64,000 nt of DNA from NCBI GenBank assembly GCA_013239625.1, contig MU053652.1, positions 8,343,499 through 8,407,498 of the forward strand, in the 5' to 3' direction. Source of the stretch: Lama guanicoe (taxonomy: Eukaryota). A program made the position numbers and the translations under genes. Numbering within the stretch: the first letter of the stretch is position 1; each line of letters opens with the position of its first letter. The notes under the pieces were generated by a model that searched no databases, was not told the origin of the DNA, and was given only the letters and a program-made list of their open reading frames with translations. Shown here piece after piece: positions 13,401 to 25,400 of the stretch.

Positions 13401-16400
13401 AGATGTCGCATATTTGTGGGAAATACGAATGTATGACAGAGAATTGGGATTGAATAAAATCCCAATAGGTTACAATTGCTTTGGTTACAAGCGTGATGAA
13501 ATAAAATTGACCGTAAAGTCTTATACCCATTAAAGAGCTCACATAAGTAAAAATTGTTCTGGAAGGCAAGGTGACACAAGGGAGATCACTGAGAGGGAAC
13601 GTATATGCCATGGATTCTGCATCAGTTCTGCTGTGACCAGTTACGTATGTCACAGTGAGACTCATTTTACTCCTCTAAAAAGTTAGGTCTTTGTACAGAT
13701 TATCTCTAAATATGTGTCTTCTCTTGTAGTCTATGATTTTTTTTTAAATACATTTAAAAACTTTTTTTTTATGATTGTGGAAGATACAATAAGTATCAGG
13801 AAGGTAGTGGCTACTCCCCCCGCCCCATAATCCTATTGTTAATATTTTGACATATTTCATTTCAGCCTTATTTCTAGGCACATATATGTGTGTGGATATA
13901 TTTTTTATTTTAAAAATTGTATTCTGTGTATTTGGTTTCAGTAAGTCTCCCAAAATGAAACATAAAGCAAGCACTTTCCTAGTCTATCCATGGCAGTCTC
14001 CTTTGATCACCAGCACAAGAGGTTTTCTCTGGCCTCTTCATCCCTGACCGTCTCCAGCCTCACCTCATTAGATGCTTTGCGTCTCATCCCTTCTTTGTTT
14101 GTTTGTTTGTTTGTTTGTTTGTTTGTTTGTTTGTTTTCTCTCCCAAACCCCTAGGAGAAAATACACCATACGTATAACATACACACGCATGCGCGCCGAC
14201 GAACACCGATCTCCTCTTTCACTTACGGGAAAATGTGATGAGTTCTATCTGCAAATATGTGCTGTCAGGCTCTGGGTCTGATTTTCTACCCCAAATAACT
14301 TATTTTAACTCCCTTTTAGATCAGGGTCAAACCCTTGGTCTCAGGTTGAAACTACTGTCTCGAGCGGAAGACTGGCCTGCTGAGGACCCTCCCCCACCCC
14401 TTTCCGTACCAGTCGCTGGCTTAATTAGTGGCTCCTCTTAGACTTTCTTAAGAGCACTATTTTCTTGCCCATTGTCCTCTACTACTGTCCCTCTGGTCCG
14501 TAATCTTTACTTCTTACTACACAGCGTGGTCTCTTCAGCCAGTTCAGCCCAGCAGTCACATGCCCTAAGCAAAAAACGGAATAGAGCTGACTACCCCGGG
14601 CTCTTGTTTACTGTCTAGATAACACAAGTGGTGCACCCCATCCCACCCCCCAGACACCTCCACTTAACCCTGAACATGTTTTGTGATGTATTAGGACTAC
14701 CATTTACTGCAGAATTTCAATCTATCTTGAATTCATAATGCCTTTCTAAATTGTCCGGGATATTTACATAATCGTGTATGTAGCATTCATGTATATTTTA
14801 AAAGTCTTTATGTAGGGAAAAAGAGAGAAGTCCATAAATTATGCCAATATATTAATATTTTTCTATTTTGATATTTTAACTTTGTATTTGCCAATGCAGT
14901 TTCATCATTGCCTCATATATAGGAATATATGTGCATTTACTGCAGTTAAGCTTTAATATGGAATCTAATTTTTTTCTTTATATTTTGGAAGTTTTAATGT
15001 AACAGTGAGAAGTTATATACACATTACATCTCTATGTTTGTCCTTATTATCAACTTAATAGTATCCAAATTATATATCACTTTCTGATTTGCGTTTGAGG
15101 TCTTTCCTTAGTAAAATAGTTAAAAGTTAAGCCCTAAATTTCACTTGTCATTTTTGCATCACTCGTAAGAATTTTTAAACTTATTTTGCTGTCTTATTTA
15201 CGTATCATTTGTTATTCAAATTTCCAATGGAAAGTTTTATCATGGGGAAAATGCAGATCTTTTCCATGTAGAAAATATAAGGCAAAAGGAGACATTTGTA
15301 AATTAGTTTATTAGGGGTGAAGAGTGGGTACCTTTGGGGGCTAACCTTTAAGTTAATTAGAAAGTTAAAGGCAAATTACAGTGCACCTGACCCTGCCACG
15401 CTAAATGCTATGCCCACACCCATGATGGCTTTTAGAGAGTAGAAATTTTCTCCTGTCATTCATATAATTTCTCAAGAAGATCTTTCAGTGCCAGTGTCGC
15501 ACACAGCATGCTTATTTGTGTGAGATAAGGCAATTCTTCTGTTTGCATATTTCTTATTTCTTAAATACATCTAGCTTTTTAAAAGGCTCAGTGTGGAAGA
15601 CAGTTCTGAAATAGGCAAGAATTGAAGCACCAAAGGCTGGAAGGAGCTATTGCAATAACCCAAGTCAGGGACAATGACAACTTAGACTCACGTGGTAGCA
15701 GAGATGGAAAAAACCCAACAGAGTCCAGACGTATTTAAGTAGATAAAATTGACAGGATTTCATGGGATGAGGAAGACAATGATTTCAAGGAGGACAAGCA
15801 ATATAGTGTAGTGGCTGACGGTGTGAGGGTATAAGCCCTACATGGTCTCAAACTTCAAGTCTGCCATTTCCAGGCACTGTAACCTTGGGCAACACACTTA
15901 ACCTCTCTGTGTTTCACATCTTCATGTGTAAAGTGAGATAAAAGCAGCTCTACCTTCATTGTGTTGTAAGAAAAAGGTGAATTAAACCATTTATTTGATT
16001 GTGACTTAAAGCAATGCCTTTACATACGAAGCCCACTCTAAGTGTTTGTAATTATGGTGCTGGTAATGCTATTATCTTATATAGATGATCCTGAAGAAAA
16101 ACAGCGTTTGAGAAAGGAAATAATGAATTCGGTTTTGAACATTTTGGGGTTGGAGTTTTATTTTAAAACATTCAAATTATGTTGAATGGACAGTTGGATA
16201 TATAGGTCTAAAAGGAGTCTGGCTAAAGACAGAAGTTCAGTGGTCTCGTATGTCTTTCATTATATCAATGAAAACATATGAAATTTCCTAAGGAGAAATA
16301 TTACTGTGAGAAGAGACAAGTACCTTTGATAAAGTTTCAAGCAATTTGTTTTAAGAAAGGATCAAGGGAAATAAACTGGTGAGGAAGACAGAGGAACAGG

Positions 16401-19400
16401 GAGAGATGTAGAAGAAAAACTGGAAGACTGAGTTATCACAGAGCCCAAGCAAGAGTTTTCCGGCAGAAAGGAGTGATCAGCTCTTTTATGTGCTGCTAAG
16501 AGGTCTACCAAACTGACACTGAGAAGTATCCATTGGGTTTAGGAATGTGGAGGTTATTGATAATCACAGCAAGTGCGTGTTGGGTGGATTGAAGAGACAG
16601 AAGCCAGATTTGATTGGGTAAAGCAATGGAGTCAGTGAATGCAGAGAACTCTTTTGAGTAGTTTGGTTGTGAAAATGGAGGTGATGTGGGTCATTGAGAG
16701 GGGGCTTAAGAAGGCCTTCTCTGTTTTCTTTTGAAAAGATGACTTGAAAATGATTAAACATTGATGGGAAGATTCCAGTAAAGTCTACTGTATAAGGTTT
16801 CTGAGAATGTCTGAGAGACAGGAGTCCAGAAACAAGTTGAAGGTGAGACATTTATTCTTTTGTATGTTGAGAGGAGGCGAAGGAGGGGCAGGTGCAAGTA
16901 GGTTTCTAGTTTGTCTGCTGGCTTCCATTTTCCCTGGGGAGTGGGAGGCAAAGCTACGTGTGAAGAGTGAAAGGAGGGAAGTGGGAAGGTTCCCAGGTTT
17001 CTCGGGGAGACAGCTAGAATCATTTGGTCAGAGAAACACAGCAGGGTAGAGGTGCGGCAGGAACGAAGCAATTGAAGGCGGTGATCCTGAATGTAGGGAA
17101 CCCATTCTCTACCGTGTTTAATTCTCACCACCTGTACTGGGCTGCTCAGGGGCAGACATGACATGGAGAAAGTAAACGGTTGGGTTCATCCAAAGTGAAC
17201 ATTTTGCTGAATAACTACCACTCAGAGAGAGACAAGAGAGTTTAGGGTTTTGTTGAGAAAGTTATTGATGGTGGTGATGGCTTCCTAGGTATGTACTTAT
17301 CCCCAAACTCATCAACTTGTATGCATTAAGTATGCACAGCATTTTACATGGCAATCATACCTCAGTAAATTGGCTTTAAAACTACACGCCTAAAAAAAGA
17401 GAAAGTTACTGAGTTGGTTTACCAAGGAATCCAAACTGGATAAGACAGGAAGCGAAGAGAGGAGAATAGTAACTAGGTACTTCGGTGACCTAGACTTGTC
17501 AGTAGAGCTGAAGGAAAGCAGAGATAAAAGTAAGTCACCAGCAGTTGGAAAAGACGCTGTGGTTAAACAGGAGAACTCTTGGTTAATAGGGTGGTAAAAT
17601 GAGACTCTTTCTATCCCTGAAGAACAAGCACATACCATAAGTATTCCCATGCTTTCTTTGCATGGGATTTGCAAAGGGAGCAGCCAAAAAACCCTTTTAG
17701 ACTCTTAAATTTAGTTTTGAAGATGAGAGGGCTGAAAGATAGTCTACCTTTGAAGGAAGTTAGAATATTTTCCCAAACCCGGTCTGACCTGTATGGTCAA
17801 GGTCGGGGCGGGGGGAGTCGTCCACTTACCTCAAGACAGTGTGATAGATGTTGAGAAATCACCGCTTGGAGAACTTGAGAGTCTGTTTCCTAGACTTAGA
17901 GGCGATCAATGGGCCAGTATTTGAGGTACTCCTGAAATATTTAGAAGTGAAAGTCATGGCTGAATCTCCTTACTAACGGAGTTCCAGCTGCACTCTCACT
18001 GAACAGGTAGAGGGGCCTGTTTCCCGTGGACCAGATATAGGGAATATATAAGAGGAGTGGCACTTGGGGTCATTTCAAAAGCAACTTTCCCCAAAACAGC
18101 TTCTTGACAGGCACGTTGACCTCCACATAAAGAGACTGGGTGGACGACCATCACACTCGGAAACCACGAGTGTGTCGTAAGAGGAAGAGATGGATTACTA
18201 CACAGGAGGGGCAGCAACCTGATGTCCCTACCTGGGTGATAGGAATCCATAATCCATAAAAATCCATGGCAGGCCCACTGGATAGAGCCATTCTGAACAC
18301 CCATCAAACCCACAGAGTACTGATGTCACATCTAATTTAAACCAGTCAAATAAGACCTCTTCTAAGCTGAACCACTCCTCTCCTGAACCTGTTCATTCCC
18401 TGCCACTCCGAATATGGAGGATTTAGAAACTTGAACTAGCAGGTGGTGGGAGCAGTTGGAGCTAGAGAGGGAGACAAAGCCTAACCCACAAGTCCATTTC
18501 TGACTGCAGGCTGTTCAGCGGGCCTGACCTAGGGGGCGAGTGCAAGTAACCTTAGTAGAGGTGGGACTTTTGTTATTAAATAGCACACGATTCATTTTAG
18601 CCCTGAAATTAGATTTTTTTTCTAAACATGACTAAAAGATCATTTATTAAATGAAGTGATCAAAAAATGTCATAGATTTTGCCCCAGATACCACCCCAAC
18701 GATAGCACGAATCAGACCCACAGAGTGTGTTAAATGGGCCGTGCATGAGAGAAGGAATGAAGTTCCTGTTATCTTATCCCTTAGGAAGTTCCGTTCTTAA
18801 GCAAAAACATTAAAATAGTGATTTTTCAGATGGAGCCATTTGAGGATGTGCTGTTGTCCAGGAGCTGTAGGAGGGGGTGACTGAGGGAGAGCAGGCTTGA
18901 AGGTCTCTAAAAAATGTGTAAGGCCAGGATATTTGAAGGGCTATAATGAACACGGTATAGTTACCCAGATGCTGATGGATTTGGAGGATAGAGGAATGCT
19001 GTGTCATCTTAAGTGGAGGAATGCAAATGTCACCTTAAATGATAGCCGTGGGTGACCAGGAGATTAGGACATCATATTCAAAACAGAGCAGAGAGAGAGA
19101 GATACCCAAGTTACATGAGCCTTAAAGAAAAATAGATTTATTTCCATGTGAGTAGAGGATTAATGTTCTGGAAGAGAGTAGGGAACAGGAGAACACTAAC
19201 TCCATCTCTCAATGCTGAAGTATATGGGGTTGAAAGCATTCAATTTAGACATAGTGGTATCCTCTGGGGGGCCATCAAAAGCAGCAAAGCACAAAAATAG
19301 AGAAATGCTCTAAAAAGAGGTTTAGGAACTCATTGACCGTGTACCACCAGTGCAGAGGGAAAACTGGGAAGATTTGGGGTGGTGGTGAGAAGGGAAAAAA

Positions 19401-22400
19401 GGAGGTAAGAGTTAGCTCAGGAATAAGAAAGAAGAATGACTGAATGAATGAAATTATGTTCGTAAAATATATCAGTGTTTAAATATTTGTATTGTTAACA
19501 TTTCTATTGATGGAAAGACAAATGCTGCATTATTGGGCTACCATAACAGAATACCATAGACTTAACAGGAATTTATTTCTCCCCATTCTGGAGCCTGAAA
19601 ATCCAAGATCAAAGTGCCAGCAGGATTAGTGTCTGATGAGAGCTCTCTCCTTAGGTTGCAGATGGCTGCCTTCTCTCTGTGTTCTCATGTGGCAGAGAGA
19701 GAGATCAAGCTCTCTGGTGTCTCCTTTTATAAGAGCACTCATCCCGTCATGCCAGGGTCCCACCGGCATGATCTCATCTACCCCTCATTACCTCCCAAAG
19801 TCCCCATCTCCAAATACCATCATACTGGGGGCTATGGCTTCAGCATATGAATTTGGGGGATGGGGTAGACACAAACATTCAGCCCATGACAGATGCCATT
19901 ACTGCTTGTTACGACCACAAACAGAGCTACTTCTCATAGTACATCTTATTGTTGAACAGAATTCAGGCACAGGAAACAGATATCGAACGAAGAAGGACCA
20001 CATGATGTGTAAACTTATGTGCTTGTGCATTGCCTACTCTTCTACCATTGGTGGACTGACAACGATCACTGGTACCTCCACCAACTTGATCTTCGCTGAG
20101 CATTTCAATACGTAAGTAAAATTATTGGGTTGGTGACTTGCTAAATGGGCAGCACACAAATTATAAGAATTATTCTTAACTTGTTTCAGAGAATCCAAAG
20201 ACAGAGATGCCATATTGAGTCCCGCCAGGACTTCTATAGGTCTAGAAATGTTCTCTTCTACTGAGAGTTAAATATGTAGTGAATTAACAGATGTCTGCAG
20301 ATTCCAAGGCCAGCTTAGAAGAAATAGCTTGTAGATGACCACGCTAATCGAACACAGGAGATACTCTTCATTACAAATAATATTGCAAATTATAGTTACC
20401 TAAGGGAAAAAGGGATTGTTTACATGGGACAATTTATGTAGGGCTTGGCAACTGACATTTGAACTTCAGTGATGAGTGGTAAACAGAAGTGCCCATCACA
20501 GAAGGTTTGGCATTGCAGTCGAAAAAGATATGAAAGATTGAGCAACTACAAAAAAAAAAATTGCAGTAATAGCATATTCTAAGGACAGATGTACAAATCT
20601 AAATATAGTTAGTACTGTGATGTCAGTCCAATGCAGGAAATGGGGAAAGTTGGATACAGTCAGAGCATTTGAGTTAAAAATTCCATAGTTTCCAGTCACT
20701 TATTTGGTGAATTTGGACAATAAAAAGTGAATAACTCTTTTTTCATATCTCAAATAGTCACAGTTGATATGATGATTGTGAGAATTAAATGAAATAAACT
20801 ATGTAAAAATACTTAACACTACGTAAGAACTATTGGAGCAGTTGTTTGAAAGTCCATGCTTCTTTGTGAGAGCTCAAACTGATCCGATACCCAAGGTGTA
20901 TTTTCAAGTACTAACAGAATAGATAATAGTCAGAGTTTCAGAAGGTGGGTGGCATTGAGGATGTCCTGGAACAGGATTTAGGTCCTTTTCACAGAAAAAT
21001 TAGGGTTCAGAGGCAGGAAAACCACATTCTAGGAAGCCGATTCACAGACTTTGTGAACTTTCTGAAATTATTTGCAAAATGTTCCAAGAAATCCAAGATC
21101 AAAAAGTGTCGTCCTCCATTCTGTAAAGAATGAAAGCTTGTGTACAAAAAACACTGGTGGGTATAGCTCAGTGGTAAAATGTATGCTTAGCATGCATGAG
21201 GTCCTGGGTTCAGTCCCCAGTACCTCCATTTTAAAAAATAAAGAAACAACAAAAAAATCACTGGCATAGCAGTTTAGGGACAATATAACACAGACCTCCA
21301 CGTGCACTCATTGTTTCTGTGAGTACACATCTATCGTGCAAACTCCGCCTGCCGACTTAGAATAGAAATTTTGAAAGACATTTAGTTTGTAAGTGGGAGA
21401 CTTCTGAAGTTCACAGTGCCAGAAAGGATTTATCCAATATATCTCCTAGTTCAAGACAAGACAGGAAATGTACTTGATCCTTTTCTATGAGCTGGACCTC
21501 TGTCCTTTCTCATGAATTCCCCAAAGAAAGAGATTCCACTTCTTAGTCCTTTCTGTAAATCTCTTTTTCTAAAAATTAGAGCAAGTTTTTCTTGTTTTAT
21601 CTTTTTTGATGTTAAAGAACTGCTGGTTTCCATCATTCCCATGAAATTAACTTGAGATCGTCAAAGTAATCCATATTGAGTTTGCCTTTGGTCTTTGTGT
21701 TCTTGCCCGATGTATCAACGAGATTTCCTTTTTTTTATTTAACTGTTCCCATGACTCTCTGAATGCATTCATCCATTTGCAGTGACAGATTGAGAGCACT
21801 GTAGCACTTTGAGCAAAACGCTTCAGCAACTATTTTCTCTAATTGTCTAAACTTCTAATTCTCCTAATCATGGGAATTTGGCCAAAATCTTCTTTAAATT
21901 TAGAAAATGCTTAAAATGTACTTTGAAATTTAGTGATTTTTTTTCTTCAAGTTTGTTTAACATTAAGACTTATTTGAAAACTGGAAAAAAATCAAAGTAT
22001 CCCCTCTTGATAGAAAATATTGAAATAGAAGGGGGAAAACAACCTTATGTGACAAAATATAACTGATACTATTAAACAAGCTAGATATTTAATAAATGTT
22101 TCCATGAATATTGACCCAGAAGGATACAGCAGCATCCCAAAGTAACAATAGGATGAAATGCATTCAGTTTCACGGGAAAAAGTTCCAGAAACTTAAAACT
22201 GCAAAAAATAAAAAAAAAAGATTCCTACTGTATGTCCAGATGTTTGGAGTCAAAGAGAAATCGCCCTTTATTTCCAAATCCATTACAATAATCTCACCTT
22301 TCGTCTTGACACTGTTTGCCATCTCTTTGAGCAATACCAATGATCATTTTGTACAAATTCATTTTGGGTCTTACCAAGCTCCAAAGGGCACATAAGACTG

Positions 22401-25400
22401 ACAGTCAATGATTTCCTACCATTGACATTTAGAGAAAGGCAACATCTTACAAATGAACTATGGGAGGAAGAGATTGGATAAAACATTTCAAAGCTTTATC
22501 TATCTGTCTATTTATTTGTATATAAAATATATGTTTATATTATATATGTAATGTCTTTTGTTCTCTTTTTTACACAAAGACAATAATAATGAATTCTGAG
22601 AAAACTAAATTTTATTCAGTGCAAATAAAAACACGTCTTCATTCATTCACATAGTCAATCAACAAACATTTGTCAAGGACTGACTTGCACATTGCACAGT
22701 ATAACCAAAGGCAGAGAGTTCCTTTAGAACAAAGGAGATGTCAGTTTGCTTTTATACTCAGAGAAAGGAGCCAGTAAAAATAGATACGTGAGGTTTAGGG
22801 GCAAAAAGAGAAAGAGAATATTGATTGGCTAAGTGTCAAGTGGAATGAAATGAAATTAGAAACAAGAGTAGAAATGTTAGTCTTGGAAAAGAAGGACATG
22901 TCCTCCTGAGTGATAATGAAAGGGAATAAGTGAAGACAGAGAAATCTCACATTGAGTATACAATGCCCTCATTTCACAGGTGAGGAAACCAAGGCTCCAA
23001 GAGTTTAAGTGACGATCACTAGTCGGTGGAGGCCCTGGGAGGTGAAGCAGATGGCCTGAGTCCCAGTGCCCTTTCCAACCTGCAGCCTCATTGCCTCGCA
23101 GACCATCTGTGAGGGGCCATGTGGGCAAAATTCTAAAAAAGAAAGTTTGCTGCCAGTGACAATTAAAAACTGCATTGGTATTTGCACTTATGTGTTGCAA
23201 TTTCTTTTTCATAAAGTATAAACATGCACATGTAACAGGTACAGTTTGAAATAGTTGCAAAGCTGAGAATGTGGCTAGTTTGGCTGAACCATCTCCTTCT
23301 TGTCATAAACTGATGTATAGCTTGGAAGGTGATTTTCAGAACAATACTAACAAGACTGAGGCGATTAGCTAACTCAACCATAAGGTATGGAATTTCTCGC
23401 ATTCTTAGTCTTTGAATCTAGGACCTGTGGTGCCTGAATTCTGACTCCCCTGTGATTAATTCATCATTAGTTTTGACTAATCTTTGGGGTAGGGCATTCT
23501 GGAAATGTTCTTTGTTCACTCTACCTTCTGTTACAATCTGACAGGTCCTTTGGATTCTTGTTGGCTCCTCATTAGGGAAATCCTGCTTGCTCGGTGCTCT
23601 CTACCTGACCCTTCTGCTCCACTGATCCACTCTTCCAGTCATCACCCAATCTTCTCCTTTCCTCACACTATTGTTAGTAAATGCCATCCTGTAATTCACC
23701 CATTTCTTCCTACTCTGCTTCTAGAAAGACCCACCAATTCTGCCACCTTCTTTCTCGACTTGTGTGGATTCTATACCATTTGAGACTCTGTTCAGTTTCT
23801 CCTAAACTTCCATTCCCATCTCCTCTTGTCATAAACTGTGTTCACATTTCTATAAACTTGCCTTATCCACATACATGCACAGCCACCACCCTGGGTCACC
23901 AGCTTGTAAAAGCTGAATGAATTTTGTCTCCTTCTTGAAGCCTACACGGGGCACCAGTAGGTGATCGATAAGCATTGATTGAGATGAACTGTACCAAGAA
24001 ACTCATGAAGTGCTGACTGTTCCTGGGAATCACCTAAGTAACTGCATAATCTTTTGATATTAAAATAAAATTATTAAGGGAAATACTACTAGGGACAGTT
24101 ACTGCTTTCCTAACAGTGCAGTTTTGATGCATCAATATCGCTTAACAAATACAACAGCTATTAGTTAAACATAAAAAGCAAATCTTTTTTGTTTAAGATC
24201 AAGAATGGAAAAGTATCCCAAGTAAAATTGCACGGCTTGCTGATTATCAAAGTATATTCATTCAGCTTGTGGGTGTCAGCTGTGAAATACGTGGGTACAC
24301 AAAGCAGCTTAGAAGGAAGTTGAATTATCGATGATTAGCACAGTCGTTGTTACTAATTACATGTTAAATAATAACTATTACAGGTTCACAGACCAAGAAA
24401 TAGTAAAAGAAATGTGTTTATAGGTGCTCTAAATTCAAAGCCCACCTCCCTAGCCTCTCTTCTTGGCTAATTAGAGAGGGAGAAGGTAAACCAGTTACTT
24501 AGCAATAGCTACTTTCAAAAGTTACTGTGATTTTCCTCTGCAGAAAAGAGCAATATGTAATTCTAATAAAGAATTTCTCTAGCAGATACTATAGAAGAAA
24601 TGTGGGCATTGCAGAGTTTGGATTCAGATTTTGGTTCAGATTTCAATCTTGCCATATATTGGCTTAACTTCTGTGAACATCAGTTTCTTCATCTGTAAAA
24701 TGGGGACGAAACTCCTCATCATTATGAGAAATAAATGGCTTAATGCATACATGGCTCTTAGCAGGGGGTCTGGCAGGTAGGAAACTGTCAATAACGCCAG
24801 CCATTGAATTGGCACTAATTCTTCTTTAAATGTTTGGTAGAATTCACTAGTGAAACCATCTGGCCCTAAGCTTTTCTGTGTCGCCGCTGCTTCTAGTTTT
24901 GCTATTGCTGTTAGAAATCTAAGCCAGGCTCATGGGTAACAAGTAGTTAATGTTTGAAAAGAAACCTCTGGAAGTACACAAATACAAGACTGAAAAGTGA
25001 CTTTGACTCAGAAATAATCAAAATGGTCATTAATCAAAAGGGCTATAATCATTATGGATAACAGCTTATCATCCTCTCAATGGCCAAAATCTGTTTCAAA
25101 GCTGTGAATGTCCACAACCACATCCCTTCTTTTGAGATCCCTGCTATGTATTTAATTAGTATTATTTGTGATTTTGTAGTTGGGCATCAGAACTGCATCA
25201 ATAACACTGTCTTCTTAAATTCCAACATTGACGCACATGGATGCTTTAAGTCAAAGCATGTCTCTCCTATGCTGCAATCATTTCTACTGTGTTTTGAAAT
25301 GTCCTTAAAACATAAGGTTTATACTCTAGCTTATTTATATTTTGCAATATATATGGAATTTTCTCTTTTCGCCTGGGAGCTGGAGTTGAGAACACCATGC

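Noticed and set aside
17996..18313. 105-aa minus-strand ORF or processed pseudogene in intron 6
   Set aside because: No recognisable protein similarity and no polyA tail; better explained as part of the candidate LTR.
21156..21232. tRNA gene
   Set aside because: A/B boxes are present, but the A-rich tail, TSD and a second diverged copy at 7251-7410 indicate a SINE.
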